Source of the DNA: Vitrella brassicaformis CCMP3155
Lineage: Eukaryota > Protista > Chromerida
Assembly (NCBI GenBank): GCA_001179505.1
Contig: CDMY01000061.1
Location: forward strand, 1 to 64,000
DNA: 64,000 bases
Reading direction: 5' to 3'
Made by a program: the position numbers and the translations under genes. Below are positions 1 to 12,000 of the stretch, piece after piece. Each line of letters begins with the position of its first letter. The first letter of the stretch is position 1. The notes beneath the pieces were generated by a model. That model was not told the DNA's origin and searched no databases. It was given only the letters and a program-made list of their open reading frames with translations.

Positions 1-1
1 A

Positions 2-88
2 CCCAGTCAGTTTGATGGTGAGTATGACTTGATATATGAGTTGCATGAGATGGAGCAGTGGGTGCTTGACGCTGACTTCTCAGACTAG
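2..88 (+). CDS. possible 3' end of an upstream gene (PSQFDGEYDLIYELHEMEQWVLDADFSD*)
   Basis: Frame open from the window edge to TAG at 86-88 with protein-like acidic composition; nothing else supports it. Confidence 0.3.
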   Translation, partial: PSQFDGEYDLIYELHEMEQWVLDADFSD

Positions 89-268
89 CAGCTACATGGG
101 TTCCATGGGAAGGGCAGATAGGCCTTGTGCATGCATTCTGCATGTGCCTGTTGCCTGTTTGGTGTGTGCTGTGGACAGAGAAGATGCCTGGTTGCGCCGG
201 AAGGTAGCGCCGGGCTTAGGGACAGGTGTCTCGTCAAACCCTTAACCGACCGACCGACCGACCCTTCA

Positions 269-1375
269 ATGCTTCGCCGCCCTCGCACTGCCCTGTTGAC
301 ATCGTTGGTCCCCCCGAGTCCATCGAATGCGTCATCTCCACCGCCATCTGCCCCCGTCCTCCCCAGATGTGTGTTGGCCATCGGCGGGCAGCGGTGGTAC
401 AACCGCAACATCGATGTGAGGCGACGCACGCAAGACAAGGAGGTCCTCAACAGGCGGGCATACTGGTGGTCGGAGTTCTACCCAAGAAGGTCAGGTAGAG
501 CGGGTGGGTGGCACAGATCTGCACATCTATCTGGCCAAGCCGAGTACTCTTGTGTTGTCTTTTGTGTGTGTGTGTGCAGGCGGACGGTGGTGGACATGTG
601 TCTGAACCAACCGTACCTGAAGCGGTTTGGCGCCCTCCTCCGGCACCCCGAGATGATGCCCGTCCTACACGAGCTCTCACTGCCCGGCCCCTACACACTC
701 TTCGCACCCACCGACGACGCACTCGCAAAGGTAGGCTGGGCGAGAGACCAAGTGATGCAACCCACTATCTCGTCCGAGTATCGTATCGCTGTGCGCGTTT
801 CTTCCGGTGCGTTCGTTATGCGCTGACAACACCACATCAGGTGGAGGACAGATCTATCGAGAGGCTTGTCAACGACACCGAAAGCTTGGCGCTGTTCCTG
901 CGGCACCACGCCGTTAGACAGCGATGGCTGCTCAGGTGAGAGAGAGGGACGCACACACCGGGATGTGAGGGCGGCGCCAGAGTGCGTAGCGTATGTTGTG
1001 TGGTCTTGGTTGTTCCGTCCAGGGATTTGGTGGGCAGTGACTATCAGCCTTGGAAGGAATACAACGCCCCGAGGGAAGCGCCCGAGGAGCTGGAAACGCT
1101 CGGAGGACAGGTGACAACCCCTGGGGAGACGCACCACACGAACCGGCACGGACACATTGCCTGCGAACCGCTTTCCTCCCCTCCCCTTTTTCTGTCCTTC
1201 TGTCGCTCTGTAGGTGGTGTCGGTGAGCACCGCTGGTTCCCTCAGAGACCTGACCCGCCGCGTCCACATCGGTTCATCGACCATCCTGCCACACAAGATC
1301 GACTTCCGCTGCCACAACGGGGTGGTGCACTGCATCGACACGCCACTCATACCCGACTTCCATGCACTTGTCTGA
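269..1375 (+). CDS. single FAS1 (fasciclin) domain protein, spliced, with Arg/Ser/Pro-rich N-terminal extension
   Basis: FAS1 hallmark motifs in successive exons: H1 YTLFAPTDDALAK (~690-730), LFLRHHAV (~890-915), H2 CHNGVVHCIDTPLIP (~1310-1355), stop TGA 1373-1375. GT-AG introns between them. Start ATG 269 (MLRRPRTALL) inferred. Confidence 0.8.
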
Positions 1376-1432
1376 TATATGACTGACTGAATACTGACTG
1401 ACTGACTCAAGGGGGCGAGGGAGAGAAGGGGG

Positions 1433-1732
1433 NNNNNNNNNNNNNNNNNNNNNNNNNNNNNNNNNNNNNNNNNNNNNNNNNNNNNNNNNNNNNNNNNNNN
1501 NNNNNNNNNNNNNNNNNNNNNNNNNNNNNNNNNNNNNNNNNNNNNNNNNNNNNNNNNNNNNNNNNNNNNNNNNNNNNNNNNNNNNNNNNNNNNNNNNNNN
1601 NNNNNNNNNNNNNNNNNNNNNNNNNNNNNNNNNNNNNNNNNNNNNNNNNNNNNNNNNNNNNNNNNNNNNNNNNNNNNNNNNNNNNNNNNNNNNNNNNNNN
1701 NNNNNNNNNNNNNNNNNNNNNNNNNNNNNNNN
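1433..1732. other. assembly gap (300 N)
   Basis: Run of N flanked by purine/G-rich simple repeats. Confidence 0.99.
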
Positions 1733-1791
1733 GGGGAGGGAGGGAGGGAGGGAACGAGGCGATGCGATGCGATGTGTATATCGTGCCCTGT

Positions 1792-2783
1792 CTAGTACGT
1801 AAATCGTGGTGCACAGGCGCGTACGAGGGGCCGGCTCATCGGGTTTTGTCCATCTGCAGAGATCATGGCCGCGCGTGTCTGGTGGTCGCGTCTGCTGGCC
1901 TCCTTCGCAAGCTCCTACAGATGCAGCAGCACATCTGGTGGAGTGTGTGAAGGGAGTCTTGGACGTGATTTACAGACGTGCACGAGTGAGGACAGCGACC
2001 ACTACATCATAAGTGAAGGCAGTCAGTACACATGTGGCAAGGCCTCCTTCCTGTCTTGCTCTCACATCGCCTGACCGTCTGTTTCTCTCTGTCTCGTGTC
2101 TGTCTGTCTGTCTGTCTGTCCGGGGTAGTCAGTCAGTTGATTCTCAGCGTCCGTGCGAAGAGGCTGCAAGGTCTCTTTGGTCAACAGGCTGGGGGGAAAG
2201 TCCCCGTGCACTGGGGCAGAGAGTGCCGCTGCGGCGGCAGGGACCCCTCGACCACTGGGGAACTCTGTCGTAAGACCGAGTGCCCCTGAGACCCACGCGC
2301 TTTCGTTCGCGAAGGTGTGTGGAGAGGAGGGGATCTCCTTGGTGGCGAGGGCAATGGCACGGCACCTCCTTGGGGGGTGTCTTTCTGCTGCTTGAGTGAA
2401 TTCAGCTGGTGCGATGTCCTTCCCCGGGCACACGCACTTACTCGATGGGGCTTATGCCTGAACTACCCCCAACGCACACAGACACAGACAGACAGACAGA
2501 CAGACGAGCGAGGGAGGGAGGGAGGGAGGGACGGGGTAGAGGCAAGGACCCTCGTGTTTCCGTGCTTGTCTGTGTGGCTTGCATGTCTACATACACCTTT
2601 GTTGTCGGCTTTCCCATGTACTGGGCTTCCTGGTGCTTGCAATTCCAGTTGCAACGCCGATAAGCAGTGTGTGGATGCGCACTGCTTGTCTCCGTTGCAG
2701 CAGGCCTCGCGACACGGGAAACACAGCAGAGAGGATGGGGAGCAGAGAGGCCGGAGCGTTCTGTATGGGATATATAGAGACAT
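1792..2783 (-). CDS. possible small spliced hypothetical protein
   Basis: Protein-like minus-strand segments (EFTQAAERHPPRRCRAIALATKE..., last exon after ctgtag: ELAKEASRRDHQTRAAMISADGQNPMSRPLVRACAPRFTY*). Exon chain and strand not secure; no recognisable domain. Confidence 0.3.
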
Positions 2784-3052
2784 TTGATGGCTGTCGACGT
2801 GTCAGTCAGTAAAGTGAAGTCTCATTGACCATGATGGATTCAAACGCACCAATCACGCACACACTGCAAGGAACAGACATGAAGTATGGCATTGCCACAC
2901 AACAAAGATTACGTGACACACGACACAACTTTCGTCGAAAACATCTAATAACGCCTGCACTCCCGCACACACCGCACAAGGGTGACGACTTAAGCAGATG
3001 AGCAACTACGGACGGCCTGTGACCCGCTCCTACTGCGTTCACCACCCACCCA

Positions 3053-6000
3053 TCACACAGACGGGGAAGGCGCGTCGTCAAAAGCGGCGTCCCTGTCTCT
3101 CCTTCCCTGACCGCCCGGCTGCAGCCCCCCTGATGACCTACGGCCACCGGCTATCCGGCCCCTCTCCCTGTCTATCGCCTCCCTATTAGGATCGCGCACT
3201 TCTCGGTCCTCCGGCGCCCCTCGCGGCCGCTGGCTGTACTGGTGTTGCTGCTGCTGCTGGCGCTGCTGTGAGTAGGAGCCGCGTATCATCTCTGTTGGCG
3301 GTGCGCTGTCGGTGTAGTCGCTGGCATAGTCGGATGAGCCATGTCTCGGTTGCCGGGTCTGTTGGGGGTAGTTCATGCGGCTCACGGACGTCAAGCCGCC
3401 CATCGACGTGACGTCCGACCCACCCGGCGACACGTCTGCCACACTTGGCGGCAAGTATTGGGACGTGGCTGTTTGGTGGAGGCTCACACCTTCGATCAGC
3501 GGCCGGGCCTGCGTCTGGGGGCCGTATGTTGGCTGTGTGAAGGACGAACTTGACATCGTCGGCGACCGCGAAGCTCCCGACATAGAAGGGTCAGATGATG
3601 GTGGGATGGCTCCCTCCCTGGCCAGCCTCTTACGGGCTTCCTTCTCCTCCCTCTGTCGCTGTTTCTCGTCAAAGTAGGGCCTTACGAGCTTCTGGTAGAG
3701 TATGGGCGAGGTCATGAGGAAGACCAGAAACCCTGTGCCGACGAGACATATGATAACGATCGCCCACACAGGGAACTCCTGCGCTTTGGGCGGCTTGGCG
3801 TCGGGCACGCTCCGGACCGCACATGTGATGTCCGGCTTTTCCTGTGGACAGGAGGTCCGTCCAGGAGCACACTCCGGCACCCAGGCCCCGTCGGTGCACA
3901 CAAATGTCTGCGACGAGATCGATCCCTTGGTGGGAGCATATCCCGACGCACAACGTACTGTCCGCGAATTCGTGTCGCTGCCCAAGACAGAGTAGTTGCC
4001 GTACTGGGCGATGATGGGCTCCAGGGCGAGACAGCCCCCGCCAAATTGACACGTCAACGTCGGCGCGGGCCACACTCCGTTATCGCACACCAGTGTCTCC
4101 GGGTCAGGCCCACCAGTTCGTTCAAAGCCTTCGATGCAAGAGACAGTTCGACTGTTCCCGTGCCGCTCGCCAAAGCCGCTAGTCTGGTAACTGGTGGAGG
4201 TGTAGGGGTCGGAACCGCACGGCAGCCTGCAGAAGAGGAGGTACTCTCCCCTCGGCGGAAGCCACTTGCCGTTGCTGCAGGTGACGACTTGTGGGGATGT
4301 GCCTTCGATGGCGTCATAGCCCGGCTGGCAGGCCACTGTGCGGGTCGATCCATCTGCGGTGCCTTGGCCGCTGATGGCGTAGGGGAGACTCGCCTAACAA
4401 CATCATGCAGGCGTAGGGAACACACAGACCGCATGTGTTTGTGTGTGCTCACTCTCACCGATTCAGGGATATCGAGGGGGACCATTACGGGGCAGTCCTC
4501 TTTGATGAGCGAATTCTCGAGCCCCTCCATGCCGAGGGTGCCCACATAAGGCATTGGAGGGGCCTGCAAACTGGACGCTCGCGGACTCTCGCGCTGAACA
4601 GCGCTTGTGTAGATAGTCGCTGAGTCGACCGTTATTGGGGCCCGGCCGTCGATAAGAGCGGCTCTGAACGGTGTCTTGTCTGCGAGGGCCGCTTCAATGG
4701 CCTTCCTGAGTTCGCTACTTTCATGAAGGGCCTTCAGTTGCTGCATGGAGAATGCAGTTTTCAATGTGAGTGACTGAGAATGCCTTTCTGCCTCTCCTGC
4801 TTACAGTTTTGGCCCTCCTGGCTTGTCCGCCCACATCGACAGCCACTTCCAGGCGAACGCTTCCAGGCCACATGCGGACCTCCGTCACATCCGATGGCAG
4901 CACACCCAACAGGTCAGCCAATGTCGCCTTCAGAATTGCTTGCAGCTCCCTCGCCCCACTGTCACGCTCTGTCAATGTCGAGTTCCAGCCGGGCGTGAGG
5001 CGGTCGAAGTTGATGTTGTCGAGCTCAAATCCAGCGCGAACCACCTGTCTTGGCAGACCTTGTGCGCATGCGCGGTCGAGGGAGATGCCACATTTCTGTT
5101 CGACCCACGCAAGAGACCGGTCGAGCCTCCACTCTGGCATGGTCAGCCGGGGGTGGACGGCATCGATGCGAAGGGCCTCGCGTAGCACCTCCCAGAGAGG
5201 GGAGAGACAGCAGCCCTTGTCATCCAGCTCAACTGCAGACACAGAGACATGACACACACTGGCCGGCATGTGCTGGGCGTGTGTGTTCAAACCGTCGATC
5301 GCTTTTTTGCAGTCGAAGGTTGCTTCCGTGCGGCTGCAATTGAAGGAGGGGTGGAATGGAGAGCACAGAGCCGTGTGCGCCCCGACGCTTGGCCCCTCCG
5401 TGAAGAGTTCCTCAATGGAAGGGTTGCTCCCCAGAGACTGAGGGAAACAGCCATCACGAAGAACGAGACACGCAAACGACGTGTTCGTGTCGCAGCATGC
5501 ATATTGTTGTTGGCACTTACCGCTGCGAGCGTCTCGAGCTTGCTGATGTGTGTTAGCCGGTCATCGACATTTGGGAACATGCTGCGGAAGAAGCAGTCAT
5601 CTCCGTCCCAGCCACACGCCTCATTGAAGCAAGACACGTCGCACTCGCCGTCTGCCCGAACATCAAACGGACGGACAGACAGACAGACAGATAGACAGAC
5701 AAGCAGACAAAAAGGTTGAAAGATGAAGTGCCATTGACCTAAAGACACGTCGCCCGTCACGACTCACCTCCGATGTATCCAACGGGACATTCGCAGTTTG
5801 GGTAGCTGCTGCTCGCCACCGGGCTGTATTCGATGCTGTTGCGCCTCCTGCGGTATTGGAATATGTACTCGCCGCAGTATCGCCGGTTGCGGTTCTGCTG
5901 GCAGAAGAAACGGCCGTAGGATATCAACAGCGCACCCATGGCGGTGTCGTAGGGGTCCTGGCGCTCCTCGCCGCGGCCAGACACAATCTGAGGATCGACA

Positions 6001-9000
6001 GCAGATCACGTGTATGTCTGCCTGACACACCACGATCTGTTTGGGTACCTGTCCGAGCGTTCTTGCTACGATTGTGATGCACTGGCCCTTGCACGGATCC
6101 ACCGGTACGCCGCCTTCACGAGGCGCGGCAACGACGGGGTTGTACGTAGCGATCTGCTGCACCGCCGACGCACAATAAGCAGATCCAGTCTCAGGGTCCT
6201 CTCTGCAGCGAAAGAGATACGTATTAGGACAGACACGCATCGAGCGAATTGCGTAATTTGTACTTACTTGAGGCACATAATGTCGACTGTCTGGGCGGTG
6301 AAGCCACCGAGGTAGTCGTCCACCTTAGCCATCAGCCGCCGTCGAGTCTCCGCTCCCACAGCGGCGAAGTCCAGCACGGGGTGCACCAGCCGATCGACCA
6401 ACCCATCCAGAGACCTGCCGCCACCACTGATGCTCCGTGCTGCAGTCATGTCTCTCGCCACCCGTCTCGCCACGCCTCCCTGCGTATGCAGATCACCCCG
6501 GAAGTCGGCGCCCTCCAGCGGTGCGTCGATGGACAGCATTCGTGTGTCTGGCCGGCCGCCCGGCTGTCGCATGGCCAGCCGGTGGAGGCTTTCGTAGTAG
6601 TCGAGGTTGGACCTGAAGCAAGAATTTGGCTGGCAGTCGACGTCCAGCTGCTGCGACTGCTTGAGGGCAAATCGGTCGATGGCGAAGTTGCGCTTGTCGC
6701 TGCCTGCCTGGGCGAAGCAGTACTGGCCGCTGGGCCTAGCGCACCAGTCATCTATGAGGGACCTGATGTTAACGAGACAAGACGCATCAGCGCGGGTGCC
6801 CACCACACAAGCCTCCTTTGCTCCTGACCGTGCAATCGTGACGTCCTCGCATCCAGGCCCACTTGACCCGGCGAAGGACTCCACCACGGCCTCCATCTGC
6901 CTCACACAGGGAGTGCCCCCCGAGCCCTCACAGAAAGTCCTTATATCCTCCTGGGTCTCGCCGTAAAGCCACGTTCCACACTCGCCCAGCAACACATTGA
7001 AGAACTCAGGCAAGAAGGCGCAGCAGCCCTCCGCATCCACACGGTTCGTGCACTCGGCAGGCGGCTTGACCACTGCGGGAGCTGCAAACGACGGGCCGCC
7101 TTCGGGTGGGGCGAGGGGGTCCCTCTCGCAGCGGATGACAGAGCGGACGGGTGGTTCAAACTGGCCGTCAAGGCAGGTGACCTGAGCAGGCTGGTCGAAG
7201 GGAGGGCCATAGGCCCGCCGTGCGTTGGAGAGGCAGTCAACCATGCGCACGTCGCCGTGACTGTAGCCATTCACGCTGCCGAATGTGACGTTAATCTAAC
7301 AGAGCAGGACAGAGGCAGGAGGTCAGAGAGTGGGGTGGGTCTTCAGGCGCGTGCTCTCACTTGGTAAAGGTCTCGGTCAATGAGCTTGAAGTCTCCCTCA
7401 CTGCAGATCCGACACGGCCGGCACTCAGGACCACCGCAGTCGATGCCCTAAACCAAGAGACACGCACATTAAGACAGAAGTGTCGTGTATCTTGTGCGAT
7501 GAGGAACGCTTCTCTCTACTTGTTCCACTCCGTTTTGGATTCCATCGTTGCATGAGATACATGCATTTGGGCAGCTGCCGCCACAGTCCACACCGACCTC
7601 ATCCCCATCAGCATACCCGTCGGTGCACGTCGGAACTGCGCACACACACACACGCACACACACACACACACGAGAGAGAGAGAGAGAGAGAGAGATACGT
7701 GCACGTGCCCGCCACTGCCATCTTTCATACGTATGCACGTGAGTCGCAGCCCCGATGAGTCATAAATCCCATTTCGACACTCGATTGGGGCCGTCTGGCA
7801 CAGCTCGACCGCGCTCTTGGCGTTCTCAGTCACCTGGTAGGCGCCCTCTCTGCACTTGACGTCGATTTTCCGCCCGTGTGGCACAGTCGTTGTGTCGGAT
7901 ATGACCTCATATGCCGCAGAGAGAATCGGCAGGCCGATGCAGCTTTGGCAGGCAGGGCAGGAGCCTCCGCAGTCGATGTCCTGCTCGTCGCCATTCTTGA
8001 TGCCGTCTGTGCATGAGGGGCATGAGGAAGCCGGACATGGGCCGCCGCAGTCGACGCTGGTCTCGCCGCCTGCCACGAGACGAAAAGACACAGAGACACA
8101 TGATGAGGCATGCTCTAGTTGACCGCGACTGTAACCGTTTCTGATGCCGTCAGTGCATGTCGGTTCGCACATTACGCGACACACGATGCCACAATCCACG
8201 CCATCCTCACCGCCGTTCTGCACCCCATCAGAGCTGGAGAAGACGACATGAGTGTGCAAGCCGCGATGCATCTATCTATCCGTTAGGTGTGTCTCCCCTT
8301 ACCAGGTCGGGCAGGACGCCTCACACGACCCGCCACAGTCAACACCCTCCTCGTCGCCATTCTGAAGCCCGTCGGTGCAGCTCGGGACTGACCGACAAGC
8401 AAATACATAGACAGAGTGAAGATCCACGATCGCATTCATCCATTCGTCTATCTGTGTAGCTCCTCGCCCGCCAGCATACAGGTGCATATGGTGGCGGGTT
8501 TGTCGAATCGTCCGTTTGTGCATGTGATTGTTGACTCGCCGGGGCCGCATATCTGCAGGGCTGTCGGCTTGCACTTGAGTGTCCGCTCTGCCATGTACCG
8601 GAAGTCGCTGCTGCCTGGCGGGGAGATGATGTAGGCACCCTTGTACTGCAGCAGCTGGTCTTCATTGCACCGAGCTGCATGCAGGAAAAAGAGAGAGCGA
8701 TGGATGGGTTTGCGTGTTGTGTCTTCGGGTCACTGCGTCCCGCTGCCCACCTCTGCAAGTGAGGTTTGCTTGGCCGTCCCATTCTCCGTCGTAGCACTGG
8801 ATCAGCTGCTTCACCTTGTCTGAACGTCGCGCACGTCACATGCAAACATGCACACATCCATCTTGTTCATTCACTGACTCACTCCACTCACCCATGGGGT
8901 CATATCCATCGGCACACCGCACCTCCCTGGTGCTCAGGTGGGTCGTACCGGAGCCCAGCACATCATACTGTAGCGGCGCCATAAACTCGCTGCAGCGCCC

Positions 9001-12000
9001 TGACAGCAACCACCACACCAGACACAACACAACATTCACGTGTACATGATGGATGGATGTGCTGCCGCTGGCTCACTGAAGCAACCGAGAGGCACGGTCT
9101 CGCCCTGCAGCCACACGCCATCGTTGCACACGACAGCTGACGGCTCCACCCCGGTGTATGCCGCTGCTCCCGGCGCGCACTGTATCGAGGCGATGGCGCC
9201 CTGGCCGAAGCTGGTTAGGTATGATCGGTAATCGTAAGACCGGCCGAACTGATCCGTTGGCACGTTGCAGGGCGCTGCAGGCACGGAAGAGTGAGTGAGG
9301 AAGGAAGAGTGAGTGAGGAAGAGTGATTGTCTCTGTCTGCCTGTCTGGCTGTCTGTGTGTCTGTGTGTCTGTCTGTCTGTCTGTCGATGTGTGTGGCAGT
9401 AGCACTCACACACGAAAGCAAGGGCTCACTCACCCCTGCAGATGAGTTGCTTGAGTGTCCACGCGCCCGACTCCCTGCATGTGACAATCTCCCCGTCGGT
9501 GCCAGCCTCCCTGGTGGCGTTGGGGAGGCAGCTGACGGTGATGCTGTCACCCGTCCACTTCTGAGAACCCCGGATATCATACCCATTGCCGCCAGGATTG
9601 TAGTCGCCGCATGACGCTGACAGGAGACAGACATACAGACAGACGATGGACCCATATGGTCGACCTTCCTCCCTCCTGCCGTGCTTGCCTACGTTCGCAA
9701 TTGAGCTGCTGTTGGAGCACCTGAGCCTGGGTCAGGCCGTCAGACGTGGTCCAGATGCCATCGGTGCAGATCGCCGTGGTGCTGTCGTAATTGCGAGAGG
9801 CGTAACCTCTGGCACAGTCGACTGTGTAGACAGTCCCGTGCTTGCGCCCGAGCCCCCGGGCAGAGATCTTGGAGCCCAGAGAGGGAAACTCACCGCACGG
9901 ACCTGGCATGAGTGACCATGACCAACATACAAGCAGACAGATGACAAAAAACAATGGGAATGCTCTTGTCTCACCCTTGCACTCGATATTGTACTCAGTC
10001 CACCTGAGCGGGCTTCCCCTGCATTGAGAGGCCTGCGGCTGAGCGCCGGCGGTTAAGACAGAGTCTTCCCTACACCTGAGAACCCGCTGGGTTCCCTCTG
10101 TAGTGCCGTCGCCTTCGATCGAGTAGGCGATGCCCAGGGAGGGGAAGGGGCCGCACGAGGGACCGCATCGGAGGTCAAAGCCGCCCCACTTCCCTGCAAC
10201 ACCAGACACACAGGAAAGAGGCAGGCCGAATCTGTTGTCCCTGTGTTGGTCCGCTTGTATGCGCAGCGTTCGTTACCTACCGTCGTTGCATTCGACTTCT
10301 TCAAAGTCAGCGCCGGCTGACACGCCAAAGCCCTCCGCGCACGTCACATTGACGACGGCTCCGTGCTCCACACCTGTGCCCTCGAGCGCAAATTGAGGGC
10401 CCAGCTGCTGAAACGGACCGCAGTCGGCTGGGATAGAGTAACAAGGACACGTGGCGGCCAGGGAGATGACACATGGATGGAAAGTCGATCGGTCAATCAC
10501 CCGTCTCTTCCACCTTTGCATTCGATGGTTTTGGGTGTAAAGTTTTCGTTGTCGCACACGACGATCTCCGTCTGGTTGGGGCCGTCCACACTGAAGTTGG
10601 GTGCACACGCGACCTCCCGCTCCGTCAGGTGCTTGACGGCCGGCCATTCGCCGTATTCCCTGCCTGATATGACGTACTGGGGACCGAGATTGCCGTACTC
10701 AAGACAGGGAACTGCGCAGACACGCACGCACATTTATGTGACTGAGGGATAGACAGCGAGAGGCGCGAAATGCTGGAGACGTGCGTACCTCCGTATGCCT
10801 GGAAGACGAGTGTCTCCTTCTGGACCCAGGGGTTGTAGGCAAGGTCGGTAATGGCGCCTAGACTGACATCGATATAGTAGACCTCGCCGTACGTGAAGGG
10901 CTCCCCTGGCTTCAACACGATCTTCGCCGTCTGGTCCGAGACGATCCACTTGCCGCGCATGCCCTCATCGGAATCCGGGACAATCGTCTGCTTCCCACCC
11001 CAGAGGTCTCCTGAGTCATGAACATATACATGCATTCACGCCGAGCTGTCCCTGTTTGTCTCTTCCTTCACTGACCGACCTGCGAATACAATTTCGGCAG
11101 GCTGGTCTGGGCGTGAGTGTCCGTAAGTAACTGGTTCATTGAACGTCAGGACCACCTCGGAGTCGATGGGGACGTCGTAAGACGCTATTTCAGGTGACAT
11201 GCCGATGAGGACCGGGCCGGTCCTGTCTGGCGCCTTGCTGCACAGCACGTGGACATCGGGCTGGTCCTCCCATTTGTCGACGAACTTGTACCACAGGCCC
11301 GACATCGGGAGGTCGGGGTTGGCTGCAGAGGCCATCAGCTCAGGGCTGGTGCCCGCTAATACCTGGTCGGGGTCCAAATCGTTGTCAATGATCCACGCCG
11401 CCGCAGTTTCTGCATGCACAACATATATGTATATAGGTATACACATCGATTTGTGGCAGTACATCCAGTCCCGCGGACGAGACACGGGCGGCCACACCCG
11501 TCGTGTACCCACCCACCTCCTCGTTCCGGTGTCCAGTAGAGGAAGAATTCGGCAATATCTCCGCCCTTCCAGACGGGGTGGCCCCTCTCGGGCTCGATGG
11601 GCCTGTACAGCCCATTAGGGTTCCCCCTAAGGTGGTAAAAGCCTGCCAAACGGGGAATGAGGTGTGTATCGGTTGTGTCTGTGCGTATGCAGTGCAACCG
11701 ACCGGTGATGTATATGTATGGACATCCACCGTCTTTGCGGATTGAGAAGTCGTAATCCACTTTGCCCTGATTCCAATTGCCTGCAGATCAATGCGTGACA
11801 ACCCACACACTCATCGTCTCGCCTCCTCTCTCCTTTGGTGGGCATTTACCTACCCTGCAAGTCGGCCACGATGCCGGCGTCAAAGCCCACTAAGTAGTCG
11901 CCCTCGGGCAAAGACGCGGCATTCGGCTCCGGGACGAACGTCAGTTCCAGGCCAGATACCGTCACGCTGGTGCTACCTAAGTGAATCACACATATTTCAG

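Noticed and set aside
1865-2787. Plus-strand Cys-containing ORFs as a secreted protein gene
   Set aside because: No coherent in-frame exon chain or signal peptide; the minus-strand reading is slightly more plausible, and both are weak.
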